Source: Peptococcia bacterium (GTDB taxonomy: Bacteria; Bacillota; Peptococcia; DRI-13; DTU073). Taken from it: a stretch of 64,000 bases of DNA. The notes under the pieces were generated by a model. The model saw only the letters and a list, made by a program, of their open reading frames with translations. It was not told the DNA's origin and made no database searches. Both the position numbers and the translations under genes were made by a program. Shown piece after piece: positions 29,301 to 40,028 of the stretch. The DNA lies in the NCBI GenBank assembly GCA_050951605.1, contig JBMNJJ010000009.1, positions 36 through 64,035 of the forward strand, in the 5' to 3' direction. Position 1 is the stretch's first letter; every line of letters starts with the position of its first letter.

Positions 29301-30742
29301 GAAAAGAGATTACTGCTGCCGGGCAGAGGACTAAGGAACACAGGGCACAGTGTGAGGAGAAGAAAAAGGTTTGGGAGGAGGCTCAGATTACTACTCGTAC
29401 CGTGCAAAATTTAGCAGAGCATATAGCTGAGGAAATCAAGCAGGATTTCTCGAAAGAGCCGTATGATGCTTTTACTAAAGCTGACCATAGTTTGGAAATA
29501 GTTAGCCTCAGGCAGCGTAAGAGTGAAGTACAGGAACGGATAGAGAAAATTTCAGGAGAAATAAAGAAAGAAGTAGAGTGGCAGAAAGAAACTTGGGAAG
29601 CCTATGAAATGGTTTTAGATATTATGCCGGAGGAAATTGAGCACTTATGGATAACGGTTACTTCTTATACTGATGAGGAATGGGTATCTTTCAAAGTTAC
29701 CCCGCGTAAATTGTTAACAAGATCTGTTAAGGAAAGAAGTGAAGGGGAAGCGGCAATCGAAAGACAGAAGAATATTGTTAGTCAGCAGTTTGAACGCTAT
29801 TTGCACAAACTGGAGACTACTAATAATGTTAAAGTAGGACAATTTATGCGGGATGTTAAAATTATCATGGCGGACAAGCGTCTTTATGACTATGAGTTTG
29901 TTCAGGACCAGTTTTTACGTATTTTTGAAGGCCTTGACCAATATGAAAATCAATATAAGAATACTTTGGTTGAATGTGAAAAAAACAAGGAACATTTGGT
30001 TGATTTATGTTTGCGTAGAGCCGGCTCTGTTTATGACAGTGTTTGCGAAATTCCCAAGAATTCGAGAGTTAAGATTTATGACCGTGCTGTACAGGTGATT
30101 CGCCTGGACTGGCCAAGACGAGACGAGCAGGAATCAAGGGTGCGGATGAATTATTATCTGGAACAAGCTCTTGAGGACTTGCAAGTTTATAAACAGCAAG
30201 GGAAAAATGATGATGAAATTAACAGTATTATGGAAACTAAATTAAGGACACGGAATTTGATTGAACAGATTGCTCCCTTAGAAAACTGTAAAGTAACGGT
30301 TTATAAACCGCGTCAGGAAGCTATGATCAGGCATGGTAAGCTGGAATATCGGTCGTGGGATGAGGTGCCCAAGTGGTCCGGTGGAGAAGAATATAGTGTT
30401 TATATGACGATGTTTATGATTATGCTCACCCATATTCGTCAGCAGTTAGAGGGTTGGCGGCATGTTTGGAAGGTTCTTTTGGCCGATAATCCCTTTGGGA
30501 AAGCTTCTTCGTCTCATGTGTGGGAGCCAGTTTTTCAGATAGCTAAGGCGAATCGTATTCAATTAATTTGCTTTACTGCTCATAAGGAGGAAGATATCTT
30601 AAAACGTTTCCCAGTAGTTTACAGTTTGCAATTGCGTAGTGCTTATGGCAAAGAGATTATGCAGGCAGAGTTGATGGAAAGCGGATTTTATAGGCTAGAT
30701 ACTGCGTCCGGGGATGGGGCCCAGATGATGTTGCCACTTTAG
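26333..30742 (+). CDS. jetC: Wadjet JetC SMC-like ATPase
   Basis: Walker A NGGGKS, long coiled coils, signature SGGE, Walker B LLADNPFG. Confidence 0.9.
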   Translation: MPRLNRIRVTNIQYDHGKKQLPDLLFDVKSLDTLFILANGGGKSLLVQLILQVILPNSRMGKRKVEDLLQAGSYTGHIAVEWLLDSSGERRQFLCTGFCFSGGQNTERPLRYYNYLFDYDDQSQLTIEELPLIYTEEGYKRPIQYQKLKDWLRENGIQPLDRPETYQERLKIYQILPEEWKNIRKTNGDEGGVDKFFEKSKTTRQLMDNLLIPSVEEMIFQDEQKKQELFHAFTQYREMLLEIPVIKQNLQDFALIRDAAEGVVEEAEVLNQRQKTFTAQTKEIVRLARSFYDFSTVAQKAVEQLGQEKEAVVIQYKDLEWQERSYQWFLRKLELSKAKLAENCVQEEYQQAEGLWQKAEDNENRLQALYYFNEVQKAVQEGLKFRRQLELMERAEPELQVLLVQKKQVLKSAWQERKTAITKQLNSEEEALVKLQEEKEVLTGEKKEAKLKQRELTKQIAVVENWLAEYKKKRQDLLNAVETAEVLDPVASLQKRRATFQHYEQREAETIERQRQLASQREELEQTIFNLGKEKYQLEIEVKSLEEKLARQQTEEDHLRGTLSAQGIYLKSLSAEKEVALLRVKDLLREVQEKKLGLQAELANLQEKWALLAGRDYYVPHHDLLRIKNRLERAGVYTVLGSEWLAEQSLAEPEKEAVLQKQPFLPFAILLEANQVNTVKHIVRQGKEWTCDVPLLFLVKSAATLQGEERGENFFPLWQEELYLFRPDTFSVYTSTESFLDLKNRMQEKIKAKQQEVAEEVGQERLLFSLQEKLANFYRQYPAELVQEWEEEKEQLQANVLSLVQEIEAEGIRKKQLQEEGLQLEKLLAEIVLVKGKLKEIIGKLEAFNSLHLLYPKQETEQKELAEKLQQVELGLGEIEERLIAISGEEVEKRNRIKDLGKQREEHEEDFSKYRLIGIESEGERLVDYDYARIEVEGILAQLNEKQSERANIQDLLEKTIKQREDALFEVERTGIEKEWLKQNQRPVNRKEITAAGQRTKEHRAQCEEKKKVWEEAQITTRTVQNLAEHIAEEIKQDFSKEPYDAFTKADHSLEIVSLRQRKSEVQERIEKISGEIKKEVEWQKETWEAYEMVLDIMPEEIEHLWITVTSYTDEEWVSFKVTPRKLLTRSVKERSEGEAAIERQKNIVSQQFERYLHKLETTNNVKVGQFMRDVKIIMADKRLYDYEFVQDQFLRIFEGLDQYENQYKNTLVECEKNKEHLVDLCLRRAGSVYDSVCEIPKNSRVKIYDRAVQVIRLDWPRRDEQESRVRMNYYLEQALEDLQVYKQQGKNDDEINSIMETKLRTRNLIEQIAPLENCKVTVYKPRQEAMIRHGKLEYRSWDEVPKWSGGEEYSVYMTMFMIMLTHIRQQLEGWRHVWKVLLADNPFGKASSSHVWEPVFQIAKANRIQLICFTAHKEEDILKRFPVVYSLQLRSAYGKEIMQAELMESGFYRLDTASGDGAQMMLPL

Positions 30743-30785
30743 AAAAGGAAAGAAATAGCGGATAATATAAAGGAGGCACTAGGTT

Positions 30786-32415
30786 ATGATTTATGTTTTT
30801 GGTCACAAAAGTCCGGATACAGATTCAGTAACTTCAGCAATAGCTTTATCTGCTTTAAAAAATAAATTAGGTTATGATACTGAACCCGGAATATTAGGAC
30901 CGCTAAATAAAGAAACAAAATACGTTTTAGATTATTTTAAGGTTGCTTATCCTAAAAGCATAGATAATGTAAAAACACAGTTGAAGGATTTAAATTATGA
31001 CCAAGTGGAAGGTATTGGACCTAAGAAATCGATCCTTTTTGCTTATAAGCTCATGGAAAAAAATAATATTAAAGTTTTACCCATCGTTGATAAGGAACAT
31101 ACGCTTCTAGGGATTGTAGCGATGAAGGATATTGCCATGGGTTTGATTAAAGGGGACTTTTATCATCTGGAAACAGAAATAGGCAATATTGTTGATGCTC
31201 TTGAAGGTGTTCTTCTGACAGGTGATGACCTCGAAATTGAAGGTACAATTTCAGTCATTTCTTATTACTATGACACAATGGTTAAAGGGCATCTTCTCAA
31301 TGAAAATAGTATTGTTATTGTCGGAGATAGATATGATGTCATTGACCATGCTATCACCAGGGGAGTTAAGTTAGTCATAGTTACAGGGGGTAAAGAAATA
31401 CCTGATAAATATATTGATAAGGCTGAAAAGAAAGGGATAAATTTGGTGTTGGTTAAGCAGAGTACATATGCAGCGGCTAAACTTCTTAATCAATGTAATT
31501 ATGTTTCTTCTATTATGAAAACAGAAGATATTGTAAAATTTAATGAAAATGAATATCTTGATGAGGTCAAAGAAGAATTAGTTACTAATAGACATTCTCA
31601 ATATCCTGTAGTAACAGAAGATAATAAATATTTAGGGTTTGTTAGTCGTCGCCATATTTTAAGCCCTAACAGGAAAAAAGTAATTTTAGTAGACCATAAT
31701 GAGTATGCTCAGAGCGTAGAAGGTCTAGATGAAGCGGAAATTATTGAGGTTGTGGACCACCATAAGATAGGGGATATTCTCACAACTACTCCCATAGATT
31801 TTAGGAATATGCCGGTCGGAAGTACATGTACAATTGTGTTTAATCTGTTTAAAGAAAACAAGGTGTCTTTAGATAAGAAGCTTGCCGGACTTCTGCTTGG
31901 CGGGAATAATTTCCGATACGTTAACCTTAAAATCACCAACAACAACGTCTTTAGACATACAAGCTGTTAAGGAATTGACGAAATTATTGAAGTTAGATGT
32001 TAAAAGATTTGCCCTAGAGATGTTCAAGGCAGGTACCTCTCTAGAAGGGCAAAGTGTTTCGGAAATATTCTATAAGGACTTTAAAGAATTTAAGGTTAAA
32101 GAACATAAAATAGGGATAGGTCAAGTTTTTACTCTAGATATTGAAGACATCTTTAATCGAAAAGATAAATTTCTCGAATTTATTAATAATGTGCAGATAA
32201 AAAATAATTATTATCTCACCTTATTATTAATTACCGACATTTTGAAAAATGGTTCGTACCTTCTTTTTAAAAGTAAGGAGAACAGCATAATATCTAATGT
32301 TTTTAATAAGGACGCTGAGCAAGGCGTTTTTATTCAAGGGGTAGTCTCTAGGAAAAAACAAGTTATTCCTCAAGTGATGGAAGCAATCAATAATATTCAT
32401 TTGGATAAGCCTTAA
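30786..32415 (+). CDS. ppaC: Mn-dependent inorganic pyrophosphatase with CBS-DRTGG domains; frameshift ~31900
   Basis: GHKSPDTDS, LVDHNE, VDHH, PVGSTCTI, then IISDTL..SPTTT, GVVSRKKQ in the next frame. Confidence 0.92.
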
Positions 32416-32527
32416 ACTCAACTCTAATAGAAATACAATCATTTTTATTGTATAATAAAAATGGGTATATTCTAACAATTTGGGATACATTAATAAAATA
32501 CAAAAAGGATTAAGGCAGGTGACAGAG

Positions 32528-33697
32528 ATGGCTTTAGAAGAAATATCTTATAAGCTAGTAAGACCTCTGGAACAAAGGACTTATAAGGTAAGCAAAATTA
32601 TAGCGAAGAGTTGGGCTAAAGGTTGGCATTTATATGACACTTTTATGGGTAAGCAGCGTTTAAAAATGCTTGTTCTGGACCTTGATGGCACAGCGCTTAA
32701 TGATAATAAGAAAATTGTTCCGAAAAATGTAAAAGCAATTCAAGAATTAAAAAAGAAGAATCCTGATGTATTAATTTGTATTGCCACAGGAAGAGGATTT
32801 CATCAGGCACTACGTTTTGCTAGGGAAATTGATGCCGAAGTTTTAATAACAGATAACGGGGGCGCACTTTATAAACAAAAAGATGAAGGATATGAACTGG
32901 AAAAGTCCTTTAAAATGTCGGAACAAGAAAGTTTGGCGATTTTTAATAAAATAAAAGGATATGCTGCAGAAAATCCGGACATGATATGGCATTTCAGTAC
33001 GGACAGTGTTGAGCATAATTTTATTACAGGAAATGGGGAAAAAATATTTCAAAAAGCACATGATACTTTTTATCCCGGGGAAATATTTGGTGATGGTGTT
33101 TTACAGGTTAAGAACTTTGAGCAAATAAAAAGATTGGGTTTAAGTAATAAGATAATAAAAGCATGTGTTGACTTTGGAAAAGGGGATATTGGAAAAAAAC
33201 AATGTCAAGAATTTGATGAATATTTAAGAGAAAATAAGATTAATTTTTTCCAAACTTCGGATTCCAAGCTTGAAATTGCACCTTCAGGTGTGAATAAAGG
33301 CGAAGCTCTTTTAGAAATTATAAATAAGGAGCAAGAAAGAGGAAATTACATAAATAGAAAAGAGGTACTAGCTCTTGGTGATTCCGGCAATGATGAACCT
33401 ATGTTTGAAAAAGGTTTTCAAAGCTTGTGTCCCTCAAATGCACGAGAAGATATAAAAAAGCTAGAAAATGTGATCGAACTAAACGAAACTAACAATGAAC
33501 CGTTTATAAGGGCGGCAATTGATAATTTTCAAACGAAAACAACACCAAAATATCAAGAATGGCTAGATAAAGAACTTTCCACAGTAGATAAATGGCTAGC
33601 TGAAGCTAAAAAAAATTTCCCGAAAAATACTGATAAAACTAAAAAAATAGAACCAGTAAGGGAAAGCCTTTCATTAGGTGAAGAGAGAACACGATAA
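32528..33697 (+). CDS. Cof-type HAD hydrolase with N- and C-terminal extensions
   Basis: DLDGT, ATGR, NGG, NKG, GDSGND. Confidence 0.85.
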   Translation: MALEEISYKLVRPLEQRTYKVSKIIAKSWAKGWHLYDTFMGKQRLKMLVLDLDGTALNDNKKIVPKNVKAIQELKKKNPDVLICIATGRGFHQALRFAREIDAEVLITDNGGALYKQKDEGYELEKSFKMSEQESLAIFNKIKGYAAENPDMIWHFSTDSVEHNFITGNGEKIFQKAHDTFYPGEIFGDGVLQVKNFEQIKRLGLSNKIIKACVDFGKGDIGKKQCQEFDEYLRENKINFFQTSDSKLEIAPSGVNKGEALLEIINKEQERGNYINRKEVLALGDSGNDEPMFEKGFQSLCPSNAREDIKKLENVIELNETNNEPFIRAAIDNFQTKTTPKYQEWLDKELSTVDKWLAEAKKNFPKNTDKTKKIEPVRESLSLGEERTR

Positions 33698-33727
33698 TTT
33701 TTTGCGGGCCTCAAAGTATTTTCAATA

Positions 33728-33780
33728 TTGACGAGCTGAATAAAATAGGGTATAAATATGTTAGGGGTGCCTAACATATT
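33728..33780 (+). promoter_or_regulatory. Sigma-A promoter with DtxR/MntR-type operator
   Basis: TTGACG-N17-TATAAA then palindrome aatatgttagg-ggtg-cctaacatatt resembling the TTAGG..CCTAA DtxR box. Confidence 0.8.
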
Positions 33781-33827
33781 TTTTTGGTGTTAAAAAATGT
33801 TTTGTTTTAAGGGGAGGTGAACCTTAA

Positions 33828-34256
33828 ATGGCGAATACACTTACACCTTCAACACAAGATTATTTAGAAGTAATTCTGAAATTATCTAACAAAGATAAAA
33901 ATGTACGAATTACAGATATCGCTAAATCCCTTAATGTTGCTAAAGCAAGTGCGACCCAAGCAATTAATACTTTAATTGGTGAGGGATTAGTACTGAAAGA
34001 AAAATATGGTCCGGTAACTTTTACGGAAAAAGGGAAACGAGAAGCGATGAAAGTAAAAAAAACACACAAAATAATTCGCGAATTTTTAACGAAAGTTTTA
34101 CAAGTTGAGGCAGAAATAGCTGATCAAGATGCTTGTTTAATGGAACATGTCATCAGTCCTCAAACTATTGCGGGAATGGTTGCTTTTTTGGAAAGCGGTA
34201 ATTATGAAATTAGTACTGACCTTAATCTTGAAACAGCGGTAGCTTTATTACGTTAA
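33828..34256 (+). CDS. DtxR/MntR family metal-dependent regulator
   Basis: QDYLE.I, VRITDIA..LNV.KAS, DACLMEH. Confidence 0.9.
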   Translation: MANTLTPSTQDYLEVILKLSNKDKNVRITDIAKSLNVAKASATQAINTLIGEGLVLKEKYGPVTFTEKGKREAMKVKKTHKIIREFLTKVLQVEAEIADQDACLMEHVISPQTIAGMVAFLESGNYEISTDLNLETAVALLR

Positions 34257-34320
34257 AGCCTATTGTTTTACAGAGATTATTTAATTTAATGTTTTATAAT
34301 CAGCGAGGGGTGACTCTATC

Positions 34321-34560
34321 ATGGCAGAAAAAGAAATGAAGCTCGCTTCAACAAGAGCAGGAAGTATAGTTGTTGTAAAAAAGTTTTGTGGAGGTATAGG
34401 CTTAAAAACAAGATTAAATGAAATGGGGGTAAACTGTGGTACAGAATTAAAGGTGATTCGTAATGACAACTGGGGACCTGTATTGATTGCATTGTCTGGA
34501 AGTCGCTTGGCTCTTGGCCGCCAAATGACTGGTAAAATCATCGTCGAAAAAATTAATTAA
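34321..34560 (+). CDS. feoA: Ferrous iron transport protein A
   Basis: RL.EMG...G..L.V, GP......SRLALGR. Confidence 0.9.
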   Translation: MAEKEMKLASTRAGSIVVVKKFCGGIGLKTRLNEMGVNCGTELKVIRNDNWGPVLIALSGSRLALGRQMTGKIIVEKIN

Positions 34561-34603
34561 AGTGAAGCGAAAGCGAAAATAACGTCTGGGGGAGAAAAAA
34601 TAT

Positions 34604-36628
34604 ATGTCTACAGCAGTTAAAAATATAGCTTTAATCGGGAACCCCAATACAGGAAAAACTTGTTTGTTTAACTGTTTAACAGGTACTAAACAAAGGGTAG
34701 GAAATTGGCCGGGAGTGACGGTGGAAAAAAAGGAAGGGTCTCTTTTAAATCATCAGCAAATTAATATTGTTGATTTGCCGGGTATATATAGTTTAGGGGC
34801 TCATACGGAAGATGAATTGGTAGCTCGAAATTTTATTTTACTGGGAAAACCCGATTTAGCGATAAATGTAGTTGATGCCACTAATCTGCAACGTAATCTT
34901 TATTTAACGCTTCAATTACTGGAGATGAACGTTCCGGTAGTGATGGCTTTAAATATGATGGATGAAGCTAAAAAAAATAATATTAAAATAAATATACAGA
35001 AACTTTCTTCATTGCTGGGAATACCGATTATACCGACTATTGCTAGAACAAAAAAAGGGATTAAGGAACTTGTTCAAACGTCTTTGCGTAAAGAAATAGT
35101 TTCCAATAATTTTACTATTGACTATGGTGCGACTATTGAAACAGAAATAGAAAAAATCGAAAAAGCTTTACGGTCTGCTGGAGTATCAGAAACATTATAT
35201 CCTTTACGGCTGATTGCTCTTAAATTATTAGAGGGTGATAATAATATTCTTGATGCCCTGGATGTTTGTGAGGTAAATAGTAAAGGATGTGAGGCAGTTC
35301 TTGCTACTTGTTATCAAAGTAGGGGGAAATTGGAAAATTATTTTCAAGAAAATATAAATACTATTTTTATACAAAAAAGATATAAGTATATTGATTATAT
35401 TTTGCAACAAACAGTAAGCTTTCCTGCTACCTCCAACACTTATACAGTTTCAGATAAAATTGATAAAATTGTGCTGAATAAATATATAGGCTTACCTCTC
35501 TTTTTTCTCATTATGTTGTTGGTTTTTAAGCTTACTTTTATTGTCAGTAAACCTTTTGAGGTCGGTTTGGAAATGATCTTTTCTCGATTGGGAAGTTTTT
35601 TAGGAACCATAATTACTAACAAATTTTTTGCTTCTTTTCTTGTCGAGGGTTTAATTGGAGGGATAGGAGCCATAATTATCTTTTTACCGATTATTCTTTG
35701 TATTTTCCTGGCGATTTCTCTTTTAGAGAATAGTGGCTATATGTCTAGGGGTGCTTACCTTATGGATCGTTTTATGCGTAAGCTGGGACTGGAAGGAAAA
35801 GCTATTATTCCGTTGGTTGTAGGTTTTGGCTGTAACGTGCCGGCAATTTTGTCCACGCGAACTTTGCAAACTACGCGAGATAAAATGATCACGATTCTGA
35901 TCATTCCTTTAATATCTTGTGGAGCGCGTTTACCTGTCTATGCTTTGTTCGTTGGAGCTTTTTTTCAGCAACATCAGGGGTTGGTTTTATTTTCTCTTTA
36001 TCTTTTAGGTATCATTCTGGCCATTATTATGGCTAAAATTTTTAAACGTTTTCTTTTTCCCGGGGAAGCTACTCCTCTTTTGCTGGAGCTGCCACCGTAT
36101 AGATTGCCGTCTTTAAAAGATACTTTGATTCAAATGGGGGAAAAAAGCAGTTCGTTTTTTAAAAAAGTGGGCACCATAATTTTATGTGCCGTGATTGTAG
36201 CTTGGGGACTTTCTAATTTTCCATGGGGAGTTGAATATGCCGGACCTGATAGTTTAATGGGGAAAATAGGTGCTCTGATTGCTCCTATCTTTGAACCTCT
36301 GGGTTTTGGCACAAGAGAAGCGGCCTCTGCTCTTCTTTTAGGTATAGTGGCCAAAGAAGTAGTCGTTAGTACATTAGGGGTATTATATGGGACAGGGCAA
36401 GAAGGGCTAATTACGCTCATTAGTCAACAATGGACAGCCTTAAGTGCATACTCTTTTATGGTCATGACCTTAATTTATATTCCTTGTGCCGGAGTTATTG
36501 GGGCAATCAAAGCTGAAACCGGTTCTTGGAAATGGACGATTTTTACTATTCTTTATACCTTTACTTTAGGTTGGTTGGTAGCTTTCCTCGTTTATCAAGG
36601 TGGACTAATGTTGGGTTTGGGTATGTGA
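34604..36628 (+). CDS. feoB: Ferrous iron transport protein B
   Basis: GNPNTGKT, GNWPGVTVE, DLPG, NMMD, GFGCNVPA, AKEVVV. Confidence 0.96.
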   Translation: MSTAVKNIALIGNPNTGKTCLFNCLTGTKQRVGNWPGVTVEKKEGSLLNHQQINIVDLPGIYSLGAHTEDELVARNFILLGKPDLAINVVDATNLQRNLYLTLQLLEMNVPVVMALNMMDEAKKNNIKINIQKLSSLLGIPIIPTIARTKKGIKELVQTSLRKEIVSNNFTIDYGATIETEIEKIEKALRSAGVSETLYPLRLIALKLLEGDNNILDALDVCEVNSKGCEAVLATCYQSRGKLENYFQENINTIFIQKRYKYIDYILQQTVSFPATSNTYTVSDKIDKIVLNKYIGLPLFFLIMLLVFKLTFIVSKPFEVGLEMIFSRLGSFLGTIITNKFFASFLVEGLIGGIGAIIIFLPIILCIFLAISLLENSGYMSRGAYLMDRFMRKLGLEGKAIIPLVVGFGCNVPAILSTRTLQTTRDKMITILIIPLISCGARLPVYALFVGAFFQQHQGLVLFSLYLLGIILAIIMAKIFKRFLFPGEATPLLLELPPYRLPSLKDTLIQMGEKSSSFFKKVGTIILCAVIVAWGLSNFPWGVEYAGPDSLMGKIGALIAPIFEPLGFGTREAASALLLGIVAKEVVVSTLGVLYGTGQEGLITLISQQWTALSAYSFMVMTLIYIPCAGVIGAIKAETGSWKWTIFTILYTFTLGWLVAFLVYQGGLMLGLGM

Positions 36629-36673
36629 AATAGAGATAATGAATTCATACTAATGATACTGGAGTGAAAAGAG

Positions 36674-37813
36674 ATGAGTAATTTTTTAGATCTTAAAAAT
36701 ACTAAGGTACGTGAACAGTATGGGAAAAAGAGCAGCCTGATAGGTATTTTTGTTAATGTCTTTCTTTTTATAATTAAGTTTGCTGTCGGTACATTGTTTC
36801 ATAGTGTAGCTGTTGTTGCTGATGCAGTAAATAGTCTTGCCGATGCCGGTTCTTCAGTGATTTCGCTTATTAGCTTTAAATTATCAAGTAAGCCTGCGGA
36901 TGAGAAGCATCCGTTTGGGCATGAAAGAATTGAATATATTGCCTCTTCTGTTGTGGCCGTTTTTATTCTTTTGCTGGGAATAGAATTATTAAAAACATCT
37001 TTTAATAAGATTTTATACCCGGGAAAAATTGAATTTAGTTTTGTTGTGGTGGGTGTGTTGCTGTTTTCCATTGCCGCCAAGTTTTGGTTGTACGGTTTTA
37101 ATATCAAATTAGCTAAGCGTATTGATTCTTCGATGTTGAGGGCTACTGCTGCTGACAGTCTCTCTGATGTACTAGCGACTTCATCTGTTTTGCTTGCGAC
37201 GATTCTTAGTCCCTTGCTTGGTTTTCAGCTCGATGGCTATGTCGGTATAGTAGTCTCAGTTTTTATTATGATGTCGGGCATAAACATACTAAAAGAAACA
37301 TTGAATTCTTTATTGGGACAAGTGCCTTCAGGTGAGTTGGTCAAGCTTATTGATTCTTATGTGAAAAAATATGATGGTGTGCTGGGTACTCATGACCTTG
37401 TTATACACAATTATGGTCCGCGGCGTTATTTTGCTTCTGTTCATATCGAGGTTGATGCTAAGGAAGATATTTTAATCAGTCATGATTTAATTGATAATAT
37501 TGAGCGCGATATTGCTCAAGATTTAGGTATTCATTTAGTTATTCATTTGGACCCGATTATCAAGGATGATCCTTTTGTGAATGAATTACGAGAACTCACG
37601 GCAGAAATAGTTTCCAGTGTTGATAATTCTTTGTCTATGCATGATTTTAGAGTAGTGAAAGGTTTTACTCACAGCAATTTAATTTTTGATGTGGTTATTC
37701 CGCATCAATGTAAAAAGAGCGATAGTGAGGTCATTGAAGAAATTACACAAAAAATAAAAGAAAAAGATAAAAGGTTGTTTACGGTGATTACTATAGATCG
37801 CTCTTATATTTAA
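36674..37813 (+). CDS. Cation diffusion facilitator transporter
   Basis: KPAD..HPFGH.R.EY, DSLSD, HDL..H.YGP. Confidence 0.92.
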   Translation: MSNFLDLKNTKVREQYGKKSSLIGIFVNVFLFIIKFAVGTLFHSVAVVADAVNSLADAGSSVISLISFKLSSKPADEKHPFGHERIEYIASSVVAVFILLLGIELLKTSFNKILYPGKIEFSFVVVGVLLFSIAAKFWLYGFNIKLAKRIDSSMLRATAADSLSDVLATSSVLLATILSPLLGFQLDGYVGIVVSVFIMMSGINILKETLNSLLGQVPSGELVKLIDSYVKKYDGVLGTHDLVIHNYGPRRYFASVHIEVDAKEDILISHDLIDNIERDIAQDLGIHLVIHLDPIIKDDPFVNELRELTAEIVSSVDNSLSMHDFRVVKGFTHSNLIFDVVIPHQCKKSDSEVIEEITQKIKEKDKRLFTVITIDRSYI

Positions 37814-37964
37814 ATTCTCAATTGCTCACATATATCTGTGGGAGGAGAGACAACAGTTTCTGTTTAAATTGGAAAAATCAGGGGACAATATGCTTGATTT
37901 TTTTGGCAAAGATAAGATACAATGCTTTTAAGGTGAAATAATAATGAGAATAGAGGCGTTGAAT

Positions 37965-38852
37965 ATGTCTGATTATGTTTTAACTTGTTGCTCTACAGCA
38001 GATATGCCATATGAGTACTTTGCTAAAAGGAATATTCCTTTTGTTTGTTTTCATTATAATATGGATGGAGAAGAGTATTTAGATGACCTGGGGAAAACCA
38101 TGTCTTTTGAGGAGTTTTATAGTAGAATTGCGGCGGGAGCGTTGCCTACTACTTCGCAGGTGAACGTGGGGGAGTTTATTACCTTTTTTGAATCGTATCT
38201 AAAGGAGGGTAAGGATATCTTACACATTTCTCTTTCCACAGGGTTGTCAGGAGCCTACAATTCGGCTTGTATGGCGAGAGAGGAACTTTTAAAAAAATAT
38301 CCCGGTCGTGAAATTTTGCTTGTAGATTCCTTAGGTGCATCATCGGGTTATGGTCTGCTTGTTGATATGGCGGCAGATATGCGAGATAAAGGTGCTACTC
38401 TCGAAGATGTATCTACCTGGGTTGAAGAAAATAAGCTTAATGTACACCATTGGTTTTTTTCTACTGACCTGACACATTATAAACGTGGTGGTCGTATCTC
38501 GGCGACATCGGCGACTGTAGGAAATATATTGCATATATGTCCGTTAATGAATATGAGTTATGACGGAAAACTTATTCCTCGTACAAAGGTTCGTGGCAAA
38601 AAACATGTTATTGCAGAGATTGTGCGGATGATGGAAAAACATGCACAAAATGGCACTGCTTATTCGGGTAAATGCTTTATTTCTAATTCGGGTTGTTATG
38701 ATGAAGCACGCCAGGTGGCAGATTTAGTTGAGGAAAAATTTCCTCAACTAAATGGCTCGGTAATGATTAATAGTGTAGGTACTGTAATCGGTGCACATAC
38801 CGGTCCCGGAACTGTTGCCCTTTTCTTTTTAGGCGATAAGCGTAAAGATTAA
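37965..38852 (+). CDS. DegV family fatty-acid binding protein
   Basis: PTTSQ, S.GLSG.Y.S, DS...S.G.G, RGGRIS, IGAHTGPG. Confidence 0.92.
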   Translation: MSDYVLTCCSTADMPYEYFAKRNIPFVCFHYNMDGEEYLDDLGKTMSFEEFYSRIAAGALPTTSQVNVGEFITFFESYLKEGKDILHISLSTGLSGAYNSACMAREELLKKYPGREILLVDSLGASSGYGLLVDMAADMRDKGATLEDVSTWVEENKLNVHHWFFSTDLTHYKRGGRISATSATVGNILHICPLMNMSYDGKLIPRTKVRGKKHVIAEIVRMMEKHAQNGTAYSGKCFISNSGCYDEARQVADLVEEKFPQLNGSVMINSVGTVIGAHTGPGTVALFFLGDKRKD

Positions 38853-38892
38853 CCACTGATACAAATTTGCTGAAATAATTTGGGGGGAGGTT

Positions 38893-39228
38893 ATGACTTT
38901 GGCTACTTTTGAGGACTTTCTAAAATTAGAGATTAGAGTGGGGGAAATTGTGCGGGCCGAGAATTTTGCAGAGGCGAAAAAACCAGCTTATAAGTTGTGG
39001 GTTGATTTTGGTGAAAAAATTGGCATTAAACAAACTAGTGCTCAAATTACGGAATGCTACAAGGCAGAAGAACTTATCGGAAAACAGGTATTGGGGGTAG
39101 TCAATTTTCCCGCGAAACAAATTGCGAGTTTCAGATCAGAAGTGTTGATATTAGGAGTTTATGCAGAACAAGGCGTTGTTTTAATTCAACCGGAACAGCC
39201 GGTAAAAAAGGGAGATCGGTTAGGATAA
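38893..39228 (+). CDS. csaA: CsaA-like tRNA-binding/chaperone protein
   Basis: KPAYKL.VDFG, SAQIT, VVNFP.KQIA.F.SEVL. Confidence 0.9.
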   Translation: MTLATFEDFLKLEIRVGEIVRAENFAEAKKPAYKLWVDFGEKIGIKQTSAQITECYKAEELIGKQVLGVVNFPAKQIASFRSEVLILGVYAEQGVVLIQPEQPVKKGDRLG

Positions 39229-39242
39229 GGTGGGATGTTGTT

Positions 39243-39634
39243 ATGGAATATAGGGTTAGAACAACTAAAGTGCAGGAGTTTATTGAGATTACAAGTTTTA
39301 TTCAGGAAGAGGTGAAAAAAGAGCGGGGCTAAGGAGGGAATAGTCGTGGTCTTTGTTCCTCATACAACAGCAGGTGTTACAATTAATGAAAATGCCGACC
39401 CTGATGTGGCTTTTGATATTTTATCCGGATTGAATAAGGCTCTTCCCGGAAAGTAATAGTTATCGTCATCTGGAAGGCAATTCACCTGCCCATATTAAAG
39501 CTTCTCTATTTGGTTCATCGTGTACAATCATCATTGAACAGGGGCAATTAAAACTTGGCACATGGCAGGGAGTCTATTTTTGTGAGTTTGATGGACCGAG
39601 AGAGAGAAAGGTTTATGTGAAAGTCATTTGCTAA
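39243..39634 (+). pseudogene. yjbQ: YjbQ/UPF0047 family protein, two frameshifts
   Basis: [43 protein letters not shown] across frames. Confidence 0.85.
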
Positions 39635-39780
39635 TAAGCAGACAATTATTGCTATCAAGAGGTGATGGTATGATGAACATTGCTGTCCGGGAGGTATTAG
39701 AGGGGCAGCGAATATAAACGGTATGTTGTAATTCTTTTTTCATGCTCGTGTAGATACACGTCAGGATTATAGCTGGTAAT

Positions 39781-39846
39781 ATTGATAAGAAAGAAAGTAA
39801 TATGGAAAAAGGTTATTGAAAGGTTAAAGATTTTAATAACCTTTTC
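39781..39846 (+). repeat. Hairpin repeat family, copy D
   Basis: attgataagaaag...aaaaggttattgaaa-ggttaaaga-ttttaataacctttt. Confidence 0.65.
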
Positions 39847-40028
39847 TATTGCTTTTTAACTAAAAATATGTTTTGAGTTGTTTTAAATTTTGATTTATTG
39901 GGGTGTGTTTTAGGAAAAATCTCTAGTACGGCAGGAAAAGACAGAATAATGTTGTATTAAAACTATACCTTACATATTAGCTAATTAGGAAAAGAAAGTT
40001 TGCTTTTTTGCAGGTTCGGGGGGATTAT

